Source of the DNA: Lama glama
Taxonomy: Eukaryota
Reading direction: 5' to 3'
Assembly (NCBI GenBank): GCA_028534125.1
Contig: CM052816.1
Location: 11,286,001-11,350,000 of the forward strand
DNA length: 64,000 nt
Part shown: in pieces, positions 1-62,979 of the stretch
Numbering within the stretch: position 1 is the first letter of the stretch
Layout of the letters: the number at the start of each line of letters is the position of its first letter
Program-made: the position numbers and the translations under genes
Notes under the pieces: model-generated
Seen by the model: only the letters and a program-made list of their open reading frames with translations
Databases searched by the model: none
Told to the model about the DNA's origin: nothing

Positions 1-763
1 TCATGCTTTGTTAGTGTAATGTAAAATAGTACGGCCACTCTGAAAAACTCTTTGGTATTTTCTCAAAGATTAAACATGCAACTATGATATGACCCAACAA
101 TTATACTCTTGGGCAGAGAAATGGAAGCCTTTTATGTTTACACACACAAACCTGTACAAAAATGTTTATAGCAGCTTTATTTATAATAACCAAAACCAAG
201 AATCAGCCCAGATGACCTTAAACCAGTGAATGGTTAAACTATGTGATACATACATACAATGGAGTGCCACTCCATGCCTTCTTCCAACAAGGAAGGAACT
301 CCTGATACATGTAGCAATCAGGATGAATTATACTGAGTGAGGAAAAAAGCCAGCCCCTAAAGATTACATATTGTATGGTTCCATTTATATAACACTTTGA
401 AAATGACATAATTTTAGGAGCAGAGGACAGGGATGGGGGTGTGGAAGGGTAGTGGGTGCAGTTTTAAAGGGCAATAGGAGGTATCCTTGTGGTGTGGGAA
501 CCATGCGGTGTCTTAACTGTCAGGGTAAGAACAGGAACTACAAGGGTGATGATAACATTGTATAGAATTATACACACACTGCAAACAGGCAAAATGAATG
601 CACATAAAACATGTCAATGTCAATATTCTGATTATGATATTATACCATAGTTTTGCACATGTTACCATTGGGGGAAATTACGAAAAATGTACAGAAGTTC
701 TCTCTGCCTCATTTCTTAGAAGTGCATTTGACTCTGTAAGTATCTCAATTAAAAAAAAAAAAA
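1..763 (+). mobile_element. Old L1 (L1MC/L1MD-like) 3' portion ending in poly(A)
   Basis: L1 3' motifs (atgtttatagcagctttatttataata; tatggttccatttatataac), A-run 751-763. Confidence 0.75.
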
Positions 764-1189
764 CGAAAAGGTGCTTCACACACTGAGAGCAGTGTCAACA
801 GGGAGAAAAAGTTGAAGTGGCATCTCTGAGTGTGTGCATACCAGAAGTAGTCCTTGCCCCATTCTCCAAGGATTTCATGGGGACCCAGGTCTACCATCCT
901 TGCAGATTAGAAAGGCATCCGGGAGAAATGTGCAAAGCTCCGCTGCAGTACTGAGCTTTTTTTTTTTTTTTTTTAAGCATGAAACAGCAACAGTGGACTG
1001 ACCGGTCTCCAGGCCCCTCTGGTTATTCCTCTGATATCAGAAGACAACTGCGCTCTCTTCCTTGGATTGAATAAGCCCCATGGGATTTGGACACATCAAA
1101 TGGTAATAACTCATACTTCTCAAGTGCCAGGCACTCTGCCAACCAACTTTGCATGGATTCGCCTCTTGCACTTCCTGCATTCTGCCTTT

Positions 1190-3500
1190 CCTTCTTTCAA
1201 GAAATATTGATTACAATTTGATCGTAGGCAAAGCAGTATGATAGTCCCTGGGGTTACGGCAGTGGAGAAAATAGGTATTTTCTTGGAGATGTATTTTAGC
1301 AGAAAGAGAATGATGATAAATAAACAACTCTATCATAAGTCAGGTGGGATACATTTTACAAAGAAAAATAAGGCAAAGTGAGGGGAGAGAGAGAGTGACG
1401 AGGACTCTGAGCAGTGGTCTGGAGGAAGTAAGGGTGTTAATCTTGTGGTTATCTCGTGGAAGAGCTTTCCAGGGAAGTGCAAAGACCCTGAGGCAGGAAC
1501 TAATTTGGCAAGTTTGAGGAGAGGAAAGCAATGGAGCAGGAACAAAGTGAAACAGGAGGAAAGTGATGGGAGAAGAGGTTAGAGACGTAGTGAGAAGCCA
1601 GATCATGGAGTACTTTGTCAGCCATGGTAGGGACTTTGGTTTCTTATTCGGAGTGAGACTGGGAGACACTGAAGGTTTTAAGCAGAGGAATAAAATTATC
1701 TGATTTAGTTTTTTATTTTTGAACAGGATCAGTGTAGCTGCCTCGTGGTTATCAGACTGGAGGGGACAAAAGTGGAGGTAGGGAAACTGGTTAGAAATCA
1801 ATAATCCAAGCAAGATATGATGGAGGTTTAGACTAGACTAGCACTGAAAGAGATGTTAAGAAGTTGGATTCTGGACATATTTTGAAGGCAGAGTCAATGA
1901 GTTTTAGTGACATTAATTGTTGGTATGAAATACAAAGAGAAATTCAGGATGACACCAAGGTGTTTGGCCTAAGATGGGGAAAATGAGGAAGGAGCAGATT
2001 TAGAGAATGGTTGGTAGATCTTGAATTAAGTTTGGGACATAAATAGGACATTAGACATTGTCTTAGACATGGGACATGGTGGTAACCCCATCATGGCCCC
2101 CAATGATCCTTACCTCCTGTTCTCACCCACGTGTACTTTCCTCCTATACTGGATCAAAGCTTGCCTGTATGACCAATAGAATACACTCAAGTGACAGTCA
2201 TTGACTTCCAAGTCTAGGATAAAAAGCAATGTAGCTCCTGTTTTGGTTCTCTTGTTCTGAGGAAACCCAGTTACTGTGTCCGAAGACACTCAATCAACCC
2301 TTCAGAGAGGCCCACAAGGAGACTTCTTACCAACATCCAGGACTAACTTTCCAGCCTTGTGAGTGAGCCACATTAGAAGCAGATCTTCCAGTCTCCATCA
2401 GACCTTCAGATGACTGCAGCCCTGGCCAGCATTTGACTGCAATTCCATGAAAGCCCCTAAGCCAGAGCCACCAAGTCAAGCTGCTCCCAAACTTCTGACC
2501 CATAGAAACTGTGAAAGGTGATAAGTGGTTATTGTTTTTTAAACCACTAAGTTTTGGGGTAATTTGTTAGGCATGATAGGTAATTAATATAAAAATCCAA
2601 ATGAAGATGTCAAATAGACAATTGGATCAGTGAGTCTGGAGTTTATGAGAGATTGGGCTTGGTGTTAAAAACTGGGGATTCATCAGCATGTAAAGTGTGT
2701 TGAAAACCATGGGCCTGTTTAAGATCATCTAGGAAGTGAATGTATCTAGAAAGAAAGGCCATTAGGGCATTCTCTTATTTAGAAAGAAGGGGAGTAATAT
2801 CCTATAAACTGAGAGGGTATGTCCAGTGAGGCAGAAGAACAGAGAAGAAATGTGTCTCAGGGAAGATGTAGTTTTCAACTTGTCAAATGTAGTTCTTGTA
2901 TCAAGTAAGATGAGGACACAGACTTGACCATTGGATTTGGCAGCATGGAGATCATTTGATGACCTGGACAATTCCATGGAATAGAAGGGTGAACACCTGA
3001 TTAGAAAAAGTTCAGGAAAGAAAGGGAAGTGAGGAATCAGAGACAATATTGACGCTTTCATGAAGGGTTTTGCTGTAAAGGAGATTAGAGCAATGAAGGT
3101 ACCAAAGATGTCATGGGGTAGAGAGGATAGGGTTTGTTTGCATTTTGTTCTATTTTTCTTTTGCTTGTCTTCTTGCTTGCATTAAGTTAGAAATATGAAT
3201 GCAGGTAAGTATGATCTAGTATAGAAAGAAAATTTGATGATGTTGAAGGTGCGGTGGGCAGCTGGAGGAATAAAATCTCTTAGTAGGAAAAGACAATGGT
3301 ACTTGAGTGTACAAATGGAGTGTAGGTCTTAATAGGAGCTGGGAGGAAAATAGAGCACATGTTAAGGGATGGCAGTATGATGGTAGACATAGTAAAGGAA
3401 CTCATGGAAGTTCTTTACTGATTGCTTCTGTGTTTTCAGGGAATTAAGAAGCAGTCATCAGTTGAATGTGAGGAAGGGGTACTGGATGCTTGAGAAGAGA
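1190..3500 (-). mobile_element. L2 LINE fragment interrupted by an MLT1 LTR
   Basis: L2-like text (agtgcaaagaccctgaggcagga; aagatgaggac...gaccattggatttggca). Confidence 0.7.
2075..2590 (+). mobile_element. MaLR solo LTR (MLT1F-like)
   Basis: ccttcagatgactgcagccctggcc...ccactaagttttggggtaatttgtt. Confidence 0.8.
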
Positions 3501-3509
3501 GGAGTGAGG

Positions 3510-3912
3510 ATGAAGCATCTTAGGTTTCCCAAACATTTCAAGCTCATTCTCACCTCAGGGCCTTTGCACTTGCTGGTCCTGTTGCCTGGAACTCTTATCC
3601 ACACATCTTTTGATGGTTGCCTTTTTCTTGTGAGCTCAAATATCACCTCCTTAGGAAGGCCTTCTCTGACCAACCCATCTAAATTAACAAACCCATGTCC
3701 CTCCTCTAGTTATTCTGTTACATAATCCTGTTTTATCTTCTTCACAACATTTTTTGTGGTCTGAAACTTTTTCATTTATTCACTTTCTCTACCCTATTCT
3801 AACTAGAATTTTCATGAGGTCAAGGATTTTGTCTTCCTTGCTCACATTATATACTTGGCACTGAAAACAAAACCTAGTATACAGTAGAAGCTCAATAAAT
3901 ATCAATGAATGG
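3510..3912 (+). mobile_element. L2 3' end
   Basis: ctcagggcctttgcacttgctg...ctcaataaatatcaatgaatg. Confidence 0.75.
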
Positions 3913-4331
3913 CTGCAAAAGTCATCAAAACTGTATTACTAGGTAAGTAGTACTATTATCACCATGCCAGGCAGATCAAGTGATTTGCCCAAGGTCACAT
4001 AGCAAGTTTGGAATCGGTGGGGTGGTGGTGCCCATGATTCAAAGGCAGGCAATCTGGCACTAGAGCCTATATTCTCAGACACTGCATGGAAGAGCATCTA
4101 GAGGAAGGTACTGGCTTCTGCCTAGTAAGTTAATGGCAGCCTGACCAATTAATAGGAAAAAATAAAAGTAATACCACAATTATACCCCCAGTTTATATAG
4201 TTTAGATCATGGTTTCATTGATATTGTAAAAATAGGAATCTTAAATGTTGTAAATTCACAAAATAAATTAAAAAAATATAGTCACTGAAATTGGAATCAA
4301 TAATAGAAAATTGATTTTCTTTACCTATATC

Positions 4332-4474
4332 TTTTTTTTTACTTTCTTTTTTAATTTTTGAGGGGTAATTAAATTTTTATTTATTTGTTTACTCAAATAG
4401 AGGTTCTGGGGATTGAACCCAGGACCTCATGCTTGCTAAGCATGCACTCTGCCACTGAGCTATATCCTCCCCCC
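4332..4474 (-). mobile_element. tRNA-derived SINE (camelid Vic-1-like)
   Basis: gggattgaacccaggacctcatgcttgctaagcatgcactctgccactgagctatatcctccccc with upstream T-rich tail. Confidence 0.88.
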
Positions 4475-4968
4475 ACCACCTGTTGCTTTGTTTTTACCCC
4501 TTCCTTTCTTCTTTTCCATCTGCCTGTTCTCTCCTTCCTTCCTTCCATTTCTTAAGAAGCCCCAGACTGCTCCACAATGGTGGTGGAAATGGTGGTAGCA
4601 ATTTGGAGAGGTAGGCTATTTAGGAACCACAAGCAGCATTTTTATGACTCAGGTGTCACATTTCACATATGACCCATGACAGGGCTGGCAGTGCTCTGTG
4701 GAATGGTGGCAAGAGCAGGCTGAAGCATGTGGATCCTGAGTCTGGACTGGCATGGTGTGAGTGAATGATTTCTAATTCTGGAGAATTACAAGTATCACCA
4801 CTGTAAGCGAAATCTAGGCAACAGGGGTTTCTTGAAATTTTGGTACCTGAGAAGTGCAACTTCTCTAAATTGGTTATATTTGTCTAAATATAAAAGTCTC
4901 CCTAATTAATAGGGCTACTTGTTCCTAGCTGAAGTCAGTCAGATTTAGAATTCCCATGAATTAAATGA

Positions 4969-5308
4969 TGACCTTAGTCCGTTCAGACTGCTGTAACAAA
5001 ATAGCACAGACTGGGTGCTTACAATCAGCTGAAATTTATGTCTCACAGTTCTGGAGGCTGAAAGTCTGAGATCAGGGTGCCAACATGGCTGGGTGAGAGC
5101 CCTGTTTCAGGTCCAACACCTCCCTTTGTCTCTTCATGAGGTGGAAGGGGGTGGGGAGCTTGTGGGTTCTCCTGTATAAGAGCATTAATCCCATTCAAAA
5201 GGGCTTCATCCTCCTGACTAAGTACCTCACAAATCTTAAGCCATTGCAGTGGGCATTGGGATTTTAACAAATGAATTTTGTGGGGACACAAACATTCAGA
5301 CCATAACA
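4969..5308 (-). mobile_element. MaLR solo LTR (MLT1A/MST-like)
   Basis: tctcacagttctggaggctgaaagtctgagatcagggtgcc...ggggacacaaacattcagaccataaca. Confidence 0.85.
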
Positions 5309-6272
5309 CTGATCAGGCTGGCTTCCAGTATTCACCACTTCTCTTTCTTTCTCCCTAACTTAATATTTCTTGAGCGCTTGAACCACACGTTGGGCTAATC
5401 ACCTTGCTTGGTAAAGTTCATTTTATTCTCACAGCAAGCCTAGGAGGTAGGCGTTATCAGTATCCGCATTTTACATGTGAGGAACCAGAGTCCCCAGGTT
5501 GAAGGAACAGGGCTAGCATGAGAACAGAGCTGCAAGTCAGACTCAGGCATCTTACTCCAAAGCTGGTGAGCACATCCAGCGCACACACTCTTCCTCTGCT
5601 GCCCATTAGCTGTTGGAGGTTGCACACAGAGCAACCCCAGGAATGGCTCAAGTCCATAAGTCCTAGAAGGGTCTTTTCTTTTTCTCTTTGTACTCAATGC
5701 CTCTATCATTAAAAAAAGAAATCTGTTTGCCATTCAGGAAGCATAAAACTAAAGGTGGAATACTAATGTAGGAACAAAAAAAACATTTAAAAACAAAAGG
5801 TGGCTAATAGGTTAGAGGAGTGATAATCATATTTATTGAGTGCCACGTGTCTGTGGAACAGAAGTATGAAAATAAACGCCCATGATTCCTTCCTTGGACT
5901 GTGTCATATAAAGGGAGGGATGGTAGGTAAATAGGCGTGAAAAACAAATAAAAAGGGACTCCAGACAAGCCAAAGCTAATGATAGCCTTATGGATCTAAA
6001 TTTAGAAATGCTGATTCAATTGAATTGAGTAGAGTGACCAGTGGGGTGAGTTTGGGGAAAAAAAAAAACAAAAAACCAAAAAACAAGGTGGAAGTGAGTT
6101 TTGTTGCGCAGTTTTTAGAATGAGTGCAGTATGGTCTGAGAGTTGACGACGGTATACCACACAATTATACGATGATAATTAGCTCAGTTAGGCAAGGAAA
6201 GAGATTATTATGAGGTCCAGGTAAGCTTTTTCTTTTTTAATCAGATTAATGTTTATAGACCAATTTTCCTAA

Positions 6273-6520
6273 AATAATAATAAAAACAGCTGACATTTTA
6301 AAGCACTTATTATATGCCAGGCATATATATATATATATTATATATATGTAGGCTTTATACCCATATGTATATTATTTTTTTAATCTTCATAGCAATCCTA
6401 TGAGGCACTTACTATTATTACCTTTATTTTACAGCATGGTTAATTGAATTGCCCGAGGTCACCCAGCTAGTAAATGATGAACTCAGCCTGATTCAGAGCC
6501 TGAGCTCTTATCCAGTATGC
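6273..6520 (-). mobile_element. MIR SINE with internal (TA)n
   Basis: MIR core: ttgcccgaggtcacccagctagtaaatg. Confidence 0.75.
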
Positions 6521-7646
6521 TACCTTTCTAACTTCATTTATCTAGAGAGGATATTCCACATGGCATGGTGAAGAATCGACAATTTCCAATTATAAAGCCA
6601 TATTATTAAGCCATAATAGCTTTCATTTTCTCAATATCTCTTGACTCTTTTTACCTTTCTCCACCTTAACTGCCACCACCATAGTCTGCTTCCACTTTTG
6701 CTCCCTCCCAATCTTTCTTCAGGAGTGTTCTTTATAAAACACACATGGGACCATGTCCCTTCCTCACAGAAAACACTTCCATGACCTCCCATAGCCTCTC
6801 ACTGCTTCAGTGTTTGCCTTTTCCAATAGAAGGAGGTGACTGTGCCTTGTCTTGTTCAAGTGTTGTGTTTCCAACATCTAGGCTAGGGCCTTGTACAAAG
6901 TAGTGGCTAAAAAAATTTTGTTGAATGCATGAAAACCAAATCACCCTTGAAAAAAAGAATATTTGTCATTTAAATAGGAAAATTAAAAAAGGTGAAGTTG
7001 GAGGCATGCAGGTAGGTTTTTCATAATTTTTATTATTTGTCATCACACAATGACTTGTTTATTTTCTTCTTTGATGGCTCATGCCCTTTAGACTGTAGGC
7101 TCCATGAGGGCAGGGGCCATGTCTGTCTTGTTCCCTGCTATATCCTAGCTCTATGTTAGGTTCATAGGAGGTGCTTAATAACTGTTTGTTGTTCAATTAC
7201 CAGTGTGGATTGGAAGCTGTGAATCGAAGATGACAAATAGTACTGGGTAGGGCAGAACTGGAACAGGAAAGTATAACCATAGTTATAAGAGCTGTGGAGG
7301 ATGAGAATTCTTTCATTCATTCAGTAAGTATTTATAAGGTACTTACTGTGTATCAGACACTGTGCTAGGTAGCCTCTGATGTCATGGAGCTTACTGTCCA
7401 GTGATAAATCAACAGGCAATTAAAGTTCAGTGACATAGATTTCCCAAGGGAGAGCAGGAAGGGGGTGCTTCAGGGAACATCTAGGAAAAGACATTTAACA
7501 AAGACTTGGTCTGTTAGGAAGTGATGTCTAAATGGTTGATAGCTAAAGGAGGAGGGTGTGGAAAGTGATGGAGAATATTTGTATGTGTGAGTGCCCAGAA
7601 GCAGGAGAGCTGCTGGTAGGTTCTCTATAACCTAAAGTTCCTTCTT

Positions 7647-7844
7647 CTAAAAATTTTTTATTGAAGTACAGTCAATTACAATGATCAATTTTTGGTGTAC
7701 AGCACAATGTCCCAGTCATGCATATACATACATATATTCGTTTTCATATTTTTCTCCATTAAAGGTTACTACGAGATACTGAATGTAGTTTGCTGTACAA
7801 AAGAAAGTTTTTTAAAAATCTATTTTTATATATAGTGGCTAACA
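7647..7844 (-). mobile_element. 5'-truncated L1 3' stub
   Basis: tttttattgaagtacagtcaattacaatg...; flanking tccttctt direct repeat 7639-7646 / 7845-7852. Confidence 0.8.
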
Positions 7845-7860
7845 TCCTTCTTAACTTCCT

Positions 7861-8060
7861 TTTTTTTTAACATTTTTTATTGATTTATAATCATTTTACA
7901 ATGTTGTGTCAAATTCCAGTGTTCAGCACAATATTTCAGTCATTCATGGACATATACACACTCATTGTCACATTTTTTTCTCTGTAATTTATCATAACAT
8001 TTTGTGTATATTTCCCTGTGCTATATATACACTGTAATCTTGTTTATCTATTCTACAATT
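7861..8060 (-). mobile_element. 5'-truncated young L1 3' stub
   Basis: Poly-T then L1 3' end; 13-bp TSD ttaacttcctttt 7851-7863 / 8061-8073. Confidence 0.85.
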
Positions 8061-8383
8061 TTAACTTCCTTTTATCCAGCAACTGAGCCCATACCATATG
8101 CCAGGCATTGTTTTAAGCTATCATTAAATTTGTATTTGAACTAGTTGTTGGAAAATATAAGTATAATGTATATTACACATATATAATTTAAAATTTATTT
8201 TTCTTAAAAATTTTATTACCTTTTTTTCCCCTTTAAGAAGACACACTTTGGGCAGGGCGCACTCCCCGCCCCACTCGCTGCTCCCAAGTGTTTTGCAGAT
8301 GCTTAACGAATGTTTGCTGAATTAATAAAGGCACGCACGTGAGACTAACTAATCTGACCACTATAAAATAAAAAGCCTTGGAT

Positions 8384-8592
8384 CAACGCTTTTCAATATA
8401 TCTTCCTTCGATGGTGGTAATGTTCTATGTCCTCAGCGTCCAGATATGGTAACAACTAGCCACAGGGACCTTCCAGCACATGAAGAGTGACTACCGCGAC
8501 TGAAGAACTCGATTTTAAATTTTACTTAATTTTAATTAATTTAAATTTAAATAACCACATGTAACTAGTGACTTACACTTCAGACAGCTCAG
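8384..8592. mobile_element. MER3-like hAT DNA transposon fossil
   Basis: tttaattaatttaaatttaaataaccacatgtaactagtg core. Confidence 0.75.
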
Positions 8593-8914
8593 CCTTGGAT
8601 GGTAAGAGGGATGAAAAAGTCTGAGACGGGCACTGGGACCAGGTACAAGGTTTCCAGCCTCTTTTGTAAAAAAAATGGAGATTGTTAATAAATGGCTATA
8701 AAATGCCTAAATTCTGAACTTTTGAATGCCACTGACAGTCATAAATACCTGTGCGCAGTGGCAAGCCATAATTAACATCTCAGTCACTTAAGACTAATAC
8801 ACCTTGCATCCTGGCATTTAGACAAGACACCTAACCCAACGCCATAGGGTGAAAAGGTTGAAAGCTAGGGAACTCCACGTCACTCACGGCGCGCTCGCGG
8901 CCTTCGGCTACACC

Positions 8915-9088
8915 GAACTACATCATGGGCTTTGTAGTTCAACATGCCCGTGACGCCACTACCGGTGTTCCCTCTGAGTGGCTTATCAGGTAGACTTCCG
9001 ATAACCTGTTGTTCTCTGGGAATTGTAGTCAATAGATGCCTGCCGGACGTGGGCTCTACAGGCCTGGGAACTACAATTCCCGGCAAGC
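8915..9088. promoter_or_regulatory. Three ZNF143/THAP11-type ACTACAnnnCCC sites
   Basis: catgggctttgtagttc (8924-8940, -), tgggaattgtagtc (9017-9030, -), actacaattcccggca (9070-9085, +). Confidence 0.75.
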
Positions 9089-9270
9089 TAAGAGGTGCCC
9101 CCGGAGGTAATTAGTCAGCCGGTGATTGCCTCATCAGGTGTGAAGTGTGTGCTATAGTGTCGTGGTAGGCCTGGCTGCCTCGAGAGGGAGGGGAAGGGTT
9201 GTAACCACTCCTTTGAGGGGGAATCACCGAGGTCACTGTCGTGGGTTTGCACAGTCGGCTGGGCGGCGCC

Positions 9271-59813
<50,543 letters not shown>

Positions 59814-60209
59814 GTAAGTGGTTTCCCTGAAATGCACTTTTGGCAGTAGCTTGTGGATTTGATGAGTTCTAAGCAGAGGGGAGAAAGAAAAGTAACTGGC
59901 TTGCTCAGGGACAGCTGTGTACTATTGTGGAAAGAGTGTTGGACCCAGAATCAGGAAACCTATGTTCTCTTTTGGGACTTTGTGACTAGGGAGCTTGGTA
60001 TGTCACTTAAGCTCTAAATGGATCTCTCTTTTAATAAAATAAGGACAATGGATTAGATATTTTTCTAGGATTCCATCTAGCTTTAAAATTGTAACAAGCA
60101 GTTTCTATCTCTCAGAGGTATTTAGAATTAAGGAACACATTCCCTTAATTTTCCAAACTAACCTGCTTAACTGAGTCTGTTCCTAGGGAAAGAGGAGAAA
60201 CTGAGTAAA

Positions 60210-60410
60210 AGTTACTGAGTGTCTGCCGTGTATTTGCCATTTAATCCTTTTACAACCCTGTAACATTAGCAATATTATTATTCCCCTCTTGCAGATGATG
60301 AAATGGAGGTAAGAAAGGCTAAGTAACTTGCAGAGTTCATGCAGCTAGTAAATCCTGGAGATGGAATTCAAACTCAGGTCTATTTGACTCCAAAGCTCAT
60401 AGTCTTCCTT
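60210..60410 (-). mobile_element. MIR
   Basis: aggctaagtaacttgc...gagatggaattcaaactcaggtctatttgactccaaagc. Confidence 0.75.
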
Positions 60411-61274
60411 TTAGACAATGTGCCTCCAGGTAAAATATGTAAATAAATCTTAATTTCTTAGCAAGATTGTCCAGATCTTCTGTGATTAGATTTGATATAA
60501 TAATTTATAGCTTCTCTTTTTATCACTCAGCTGGTCTTAGGCTGAGAAGACTGTGAAAGGAGCTGGTGCATCTTTATTATTTTTCTTCCAAATTATGAAG
60601 ACAAATTAACGTGTGTTTCTCTATTTTGCATGATCTCTCTCTTCTCTTCTTGATGACAATCAAGAGTTGATTGGGCTACATACCATCAGCGTAAAAAATT
60701 TCTGAAAAGATTTACAAATCCCATACAGTGACCTAAATTATGGAACTGTATTCAGGGTAACAATATTCCATTAACATGGAACACTTAAAATAGCCCTTTG
60801 GAATTCATTCTGCCATGTATTTTTGTTCCCTTGAGGTCATTTGTACACCTTCCGTTGTTATTTCTTGAGAGACCACCATGTGTAGTGTGTGTGGAGATAA
60901 GTGTGTATGCAGAGACTCGTGTGTGGGGACTCGGGGCTCTGAGAGTCCACAAAGTGCTGTTCATCTGGAGGCTGCATCTAGTGAGGGGGTAGGGGACTAA
61001 CCATTGCTGTACGTAATCGTCACCTACGGAGAAACTGCCGACCACAGTAAGAGAGGTGTAGGAAAAATTTACAGCACAGAAAGAGGTGAGATTATTTCAG
61101 CTGGTGATCAGGGATGAATTTATGGAGAAAACATTGTTTGGATGGGGCCTTGAAAATGATCACCTGTGAGGGTGAGGGGAAGGTGTGTACTTACTTGCAG
61201 GAGGGAAACACTACTGCTTGTTTCACTGTGTACCAGTGGTATATTAGGGCTAGGGATTCTTTTGTTTGTGGACA

Positions 61275-61600
61275 GTTAAAAAATTGTGGTAAAATATACA
61301 TCAAATTGACCATCTTAGTCATTTTTTATGTGTACAGTTCAGTGGCATTCAGCACATTTTCATTGGTGTGCAACCATCACACTGTCCATCTATAGAACTT
61401 TTTTATCATCCCAAAGGGAAACTCTGTCCCCATTTAATAGTAACTCCTCATTCTGCCTCCCTTCAGTCCCTGGTAACTACTCTTCTGCTCTATGTATTTG
61501 ACTGTTCTAGGTATCTGTATAAGTGGGATCATACAGTATTGTCCTTTTGTGTCTGTCTTGTTTCACTTAGCAAAATGTCTTCAAGGTTCATCCATGTTGA
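61275..61600 (-). mobile_element. L1 3' end (L1MB-like)
   Basis: tgtacagttcagtggcatt...tttcacttagcaaaatgtcttcaaggttcatccatgttg. Confidence 0.8.
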
Positions 61601-61759
61601 AGACATTTATTATGTTTCCTCAGTAAACCAGGTACTATAGAATGATAGTGCCGTCCGTATAGGCCATAAAAAGCAGAACTTGAAAGTTTCGATATGTAAA
61701 CATACAAGGCAGCCATTTTGTGGCCCTCCTTTTGGCTGTTTCATATTACATGTATTTAG

Positions 61760-61892
61760 GGGGGAGGGTATAGCTCAAGTGGTAGAGTGCATGCTTAGCA
61801 TGCATGAGATCCTGGGTTCAATTCCCAGTAAGTACCTCTTCTAAAAATAAATAAGTAAACCAAATTACCCCCCTGAAATAAATAAAATTATT
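61760..61892 (+). mobile_element. tRNA-derived SINE (Vic-1-like), young-looking
   Basis: A box tagctcaagtgg, B box ggttcaattcc; perfect 17-bp TSD atattacatgtatttag 61743-61759 / 61893-61909. Confidence 0.92.
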
Positions 61893-62946
61893 ATATTACA
61901 TGTATTTAGTCAAGAGAAAATTTTGTAATAGCATATACTCTTTGCCTTGAAGAACAATATAATGGCTCTAAAGAAAATAGATATTTGTGTGGAACTACTG
62001 GGTAGGATTATTATGAGGTTGTAGCATGTAAGAGGCTGTCTTCTTGTATTGGAAATTGGATTATATAATATTAAACCTGACTCCCTTTTAAATATACTCA
62101 GATACAACACTGTCTAGGTTCTTCCGAATTGTACTGAATGTATTTTTTATGTCTCGTCTTTTCTCACTGAGTCTCTGGCATAATTCTTACATCCTATGTC
62201 ATTCTAGCTGTGAATAATATTATTATAAAGTGCTTTAAGTTTGGTGTTAGTAGCTACTGTGAATTTTGGAAAATAGATAGAAATGTTAGGGGGAGTTTGA
62301 AAGTAATATTCCTCCAAGTATCCACAGAAGAGCTCTAACCTCAAGACTTCCAAAAGCCCTCAGGCTGCTTTGATATCTAAGAGGACTGAGTATATTGAGT
62401 ATATGAGGTGAGAAAGGAGTGAAATTCAGTAACATATTTCTTGGTTGGTCTGCTGTGATAGCCAGCAAGTTGTCCAATTAGTGCTAGTTGTATTGAAGGT
62501 GATTATGGTCTAGATCCAGGAGGAACTGGGAAGTAAAATCATTATTTCACTCCACTAAGGCCACTGAACAACTATGTGATGATAATGACTTTAAATCACT
62601 CACAACCCATGCCACAGATGAACTAGGAACTTGGAGGTAAAAAGCTCCATTTCACATTATCAGTGCTTAGGGACTTTCAATCACTCTCATCTTTCCTCTA
62701 AGTGCCTTAAATCTTGTGTAGTTGCAGACTTAAATTTCAACATTTTCAATGATAAGAGAGGTCTGGGATAAGAAAAGATAGTAAAACCACAAAGAATGAT
62801 CCAGGAATTTTATTGACAGTAATGAACTACATGGTGAAACATCAAAGCAGATGTGTTTTGTCACTTAGAAGCTTGATTGGGTATTAAGGCTTCTTTGAAA
62901 TAGTTTGATTCAAAATTGCTTAGGATGATGAGGGAGGTCTGTTTCA

Positions 62947-62979
62947 GAGAGAGAGAGACAGAGAGACAGAGAGACAGAG
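62947..62979 (+). repeat. (GA)n/(GACAGA)n simple repeat
   Basis: Direct read. Confidence 0.85.

Noticed and set aside
1340..1813. 157-aa minus-strand ORF, the longest in the window
   Set aside because: Lies within a decayed L2 element and has no recognisable protein motif.
61760..61835. tRNA gene (also the five similar copies)
   Set aside because: A tRNA-like head followed by an AT-rich tail and TSDs marks a SINE, not a tRNA.
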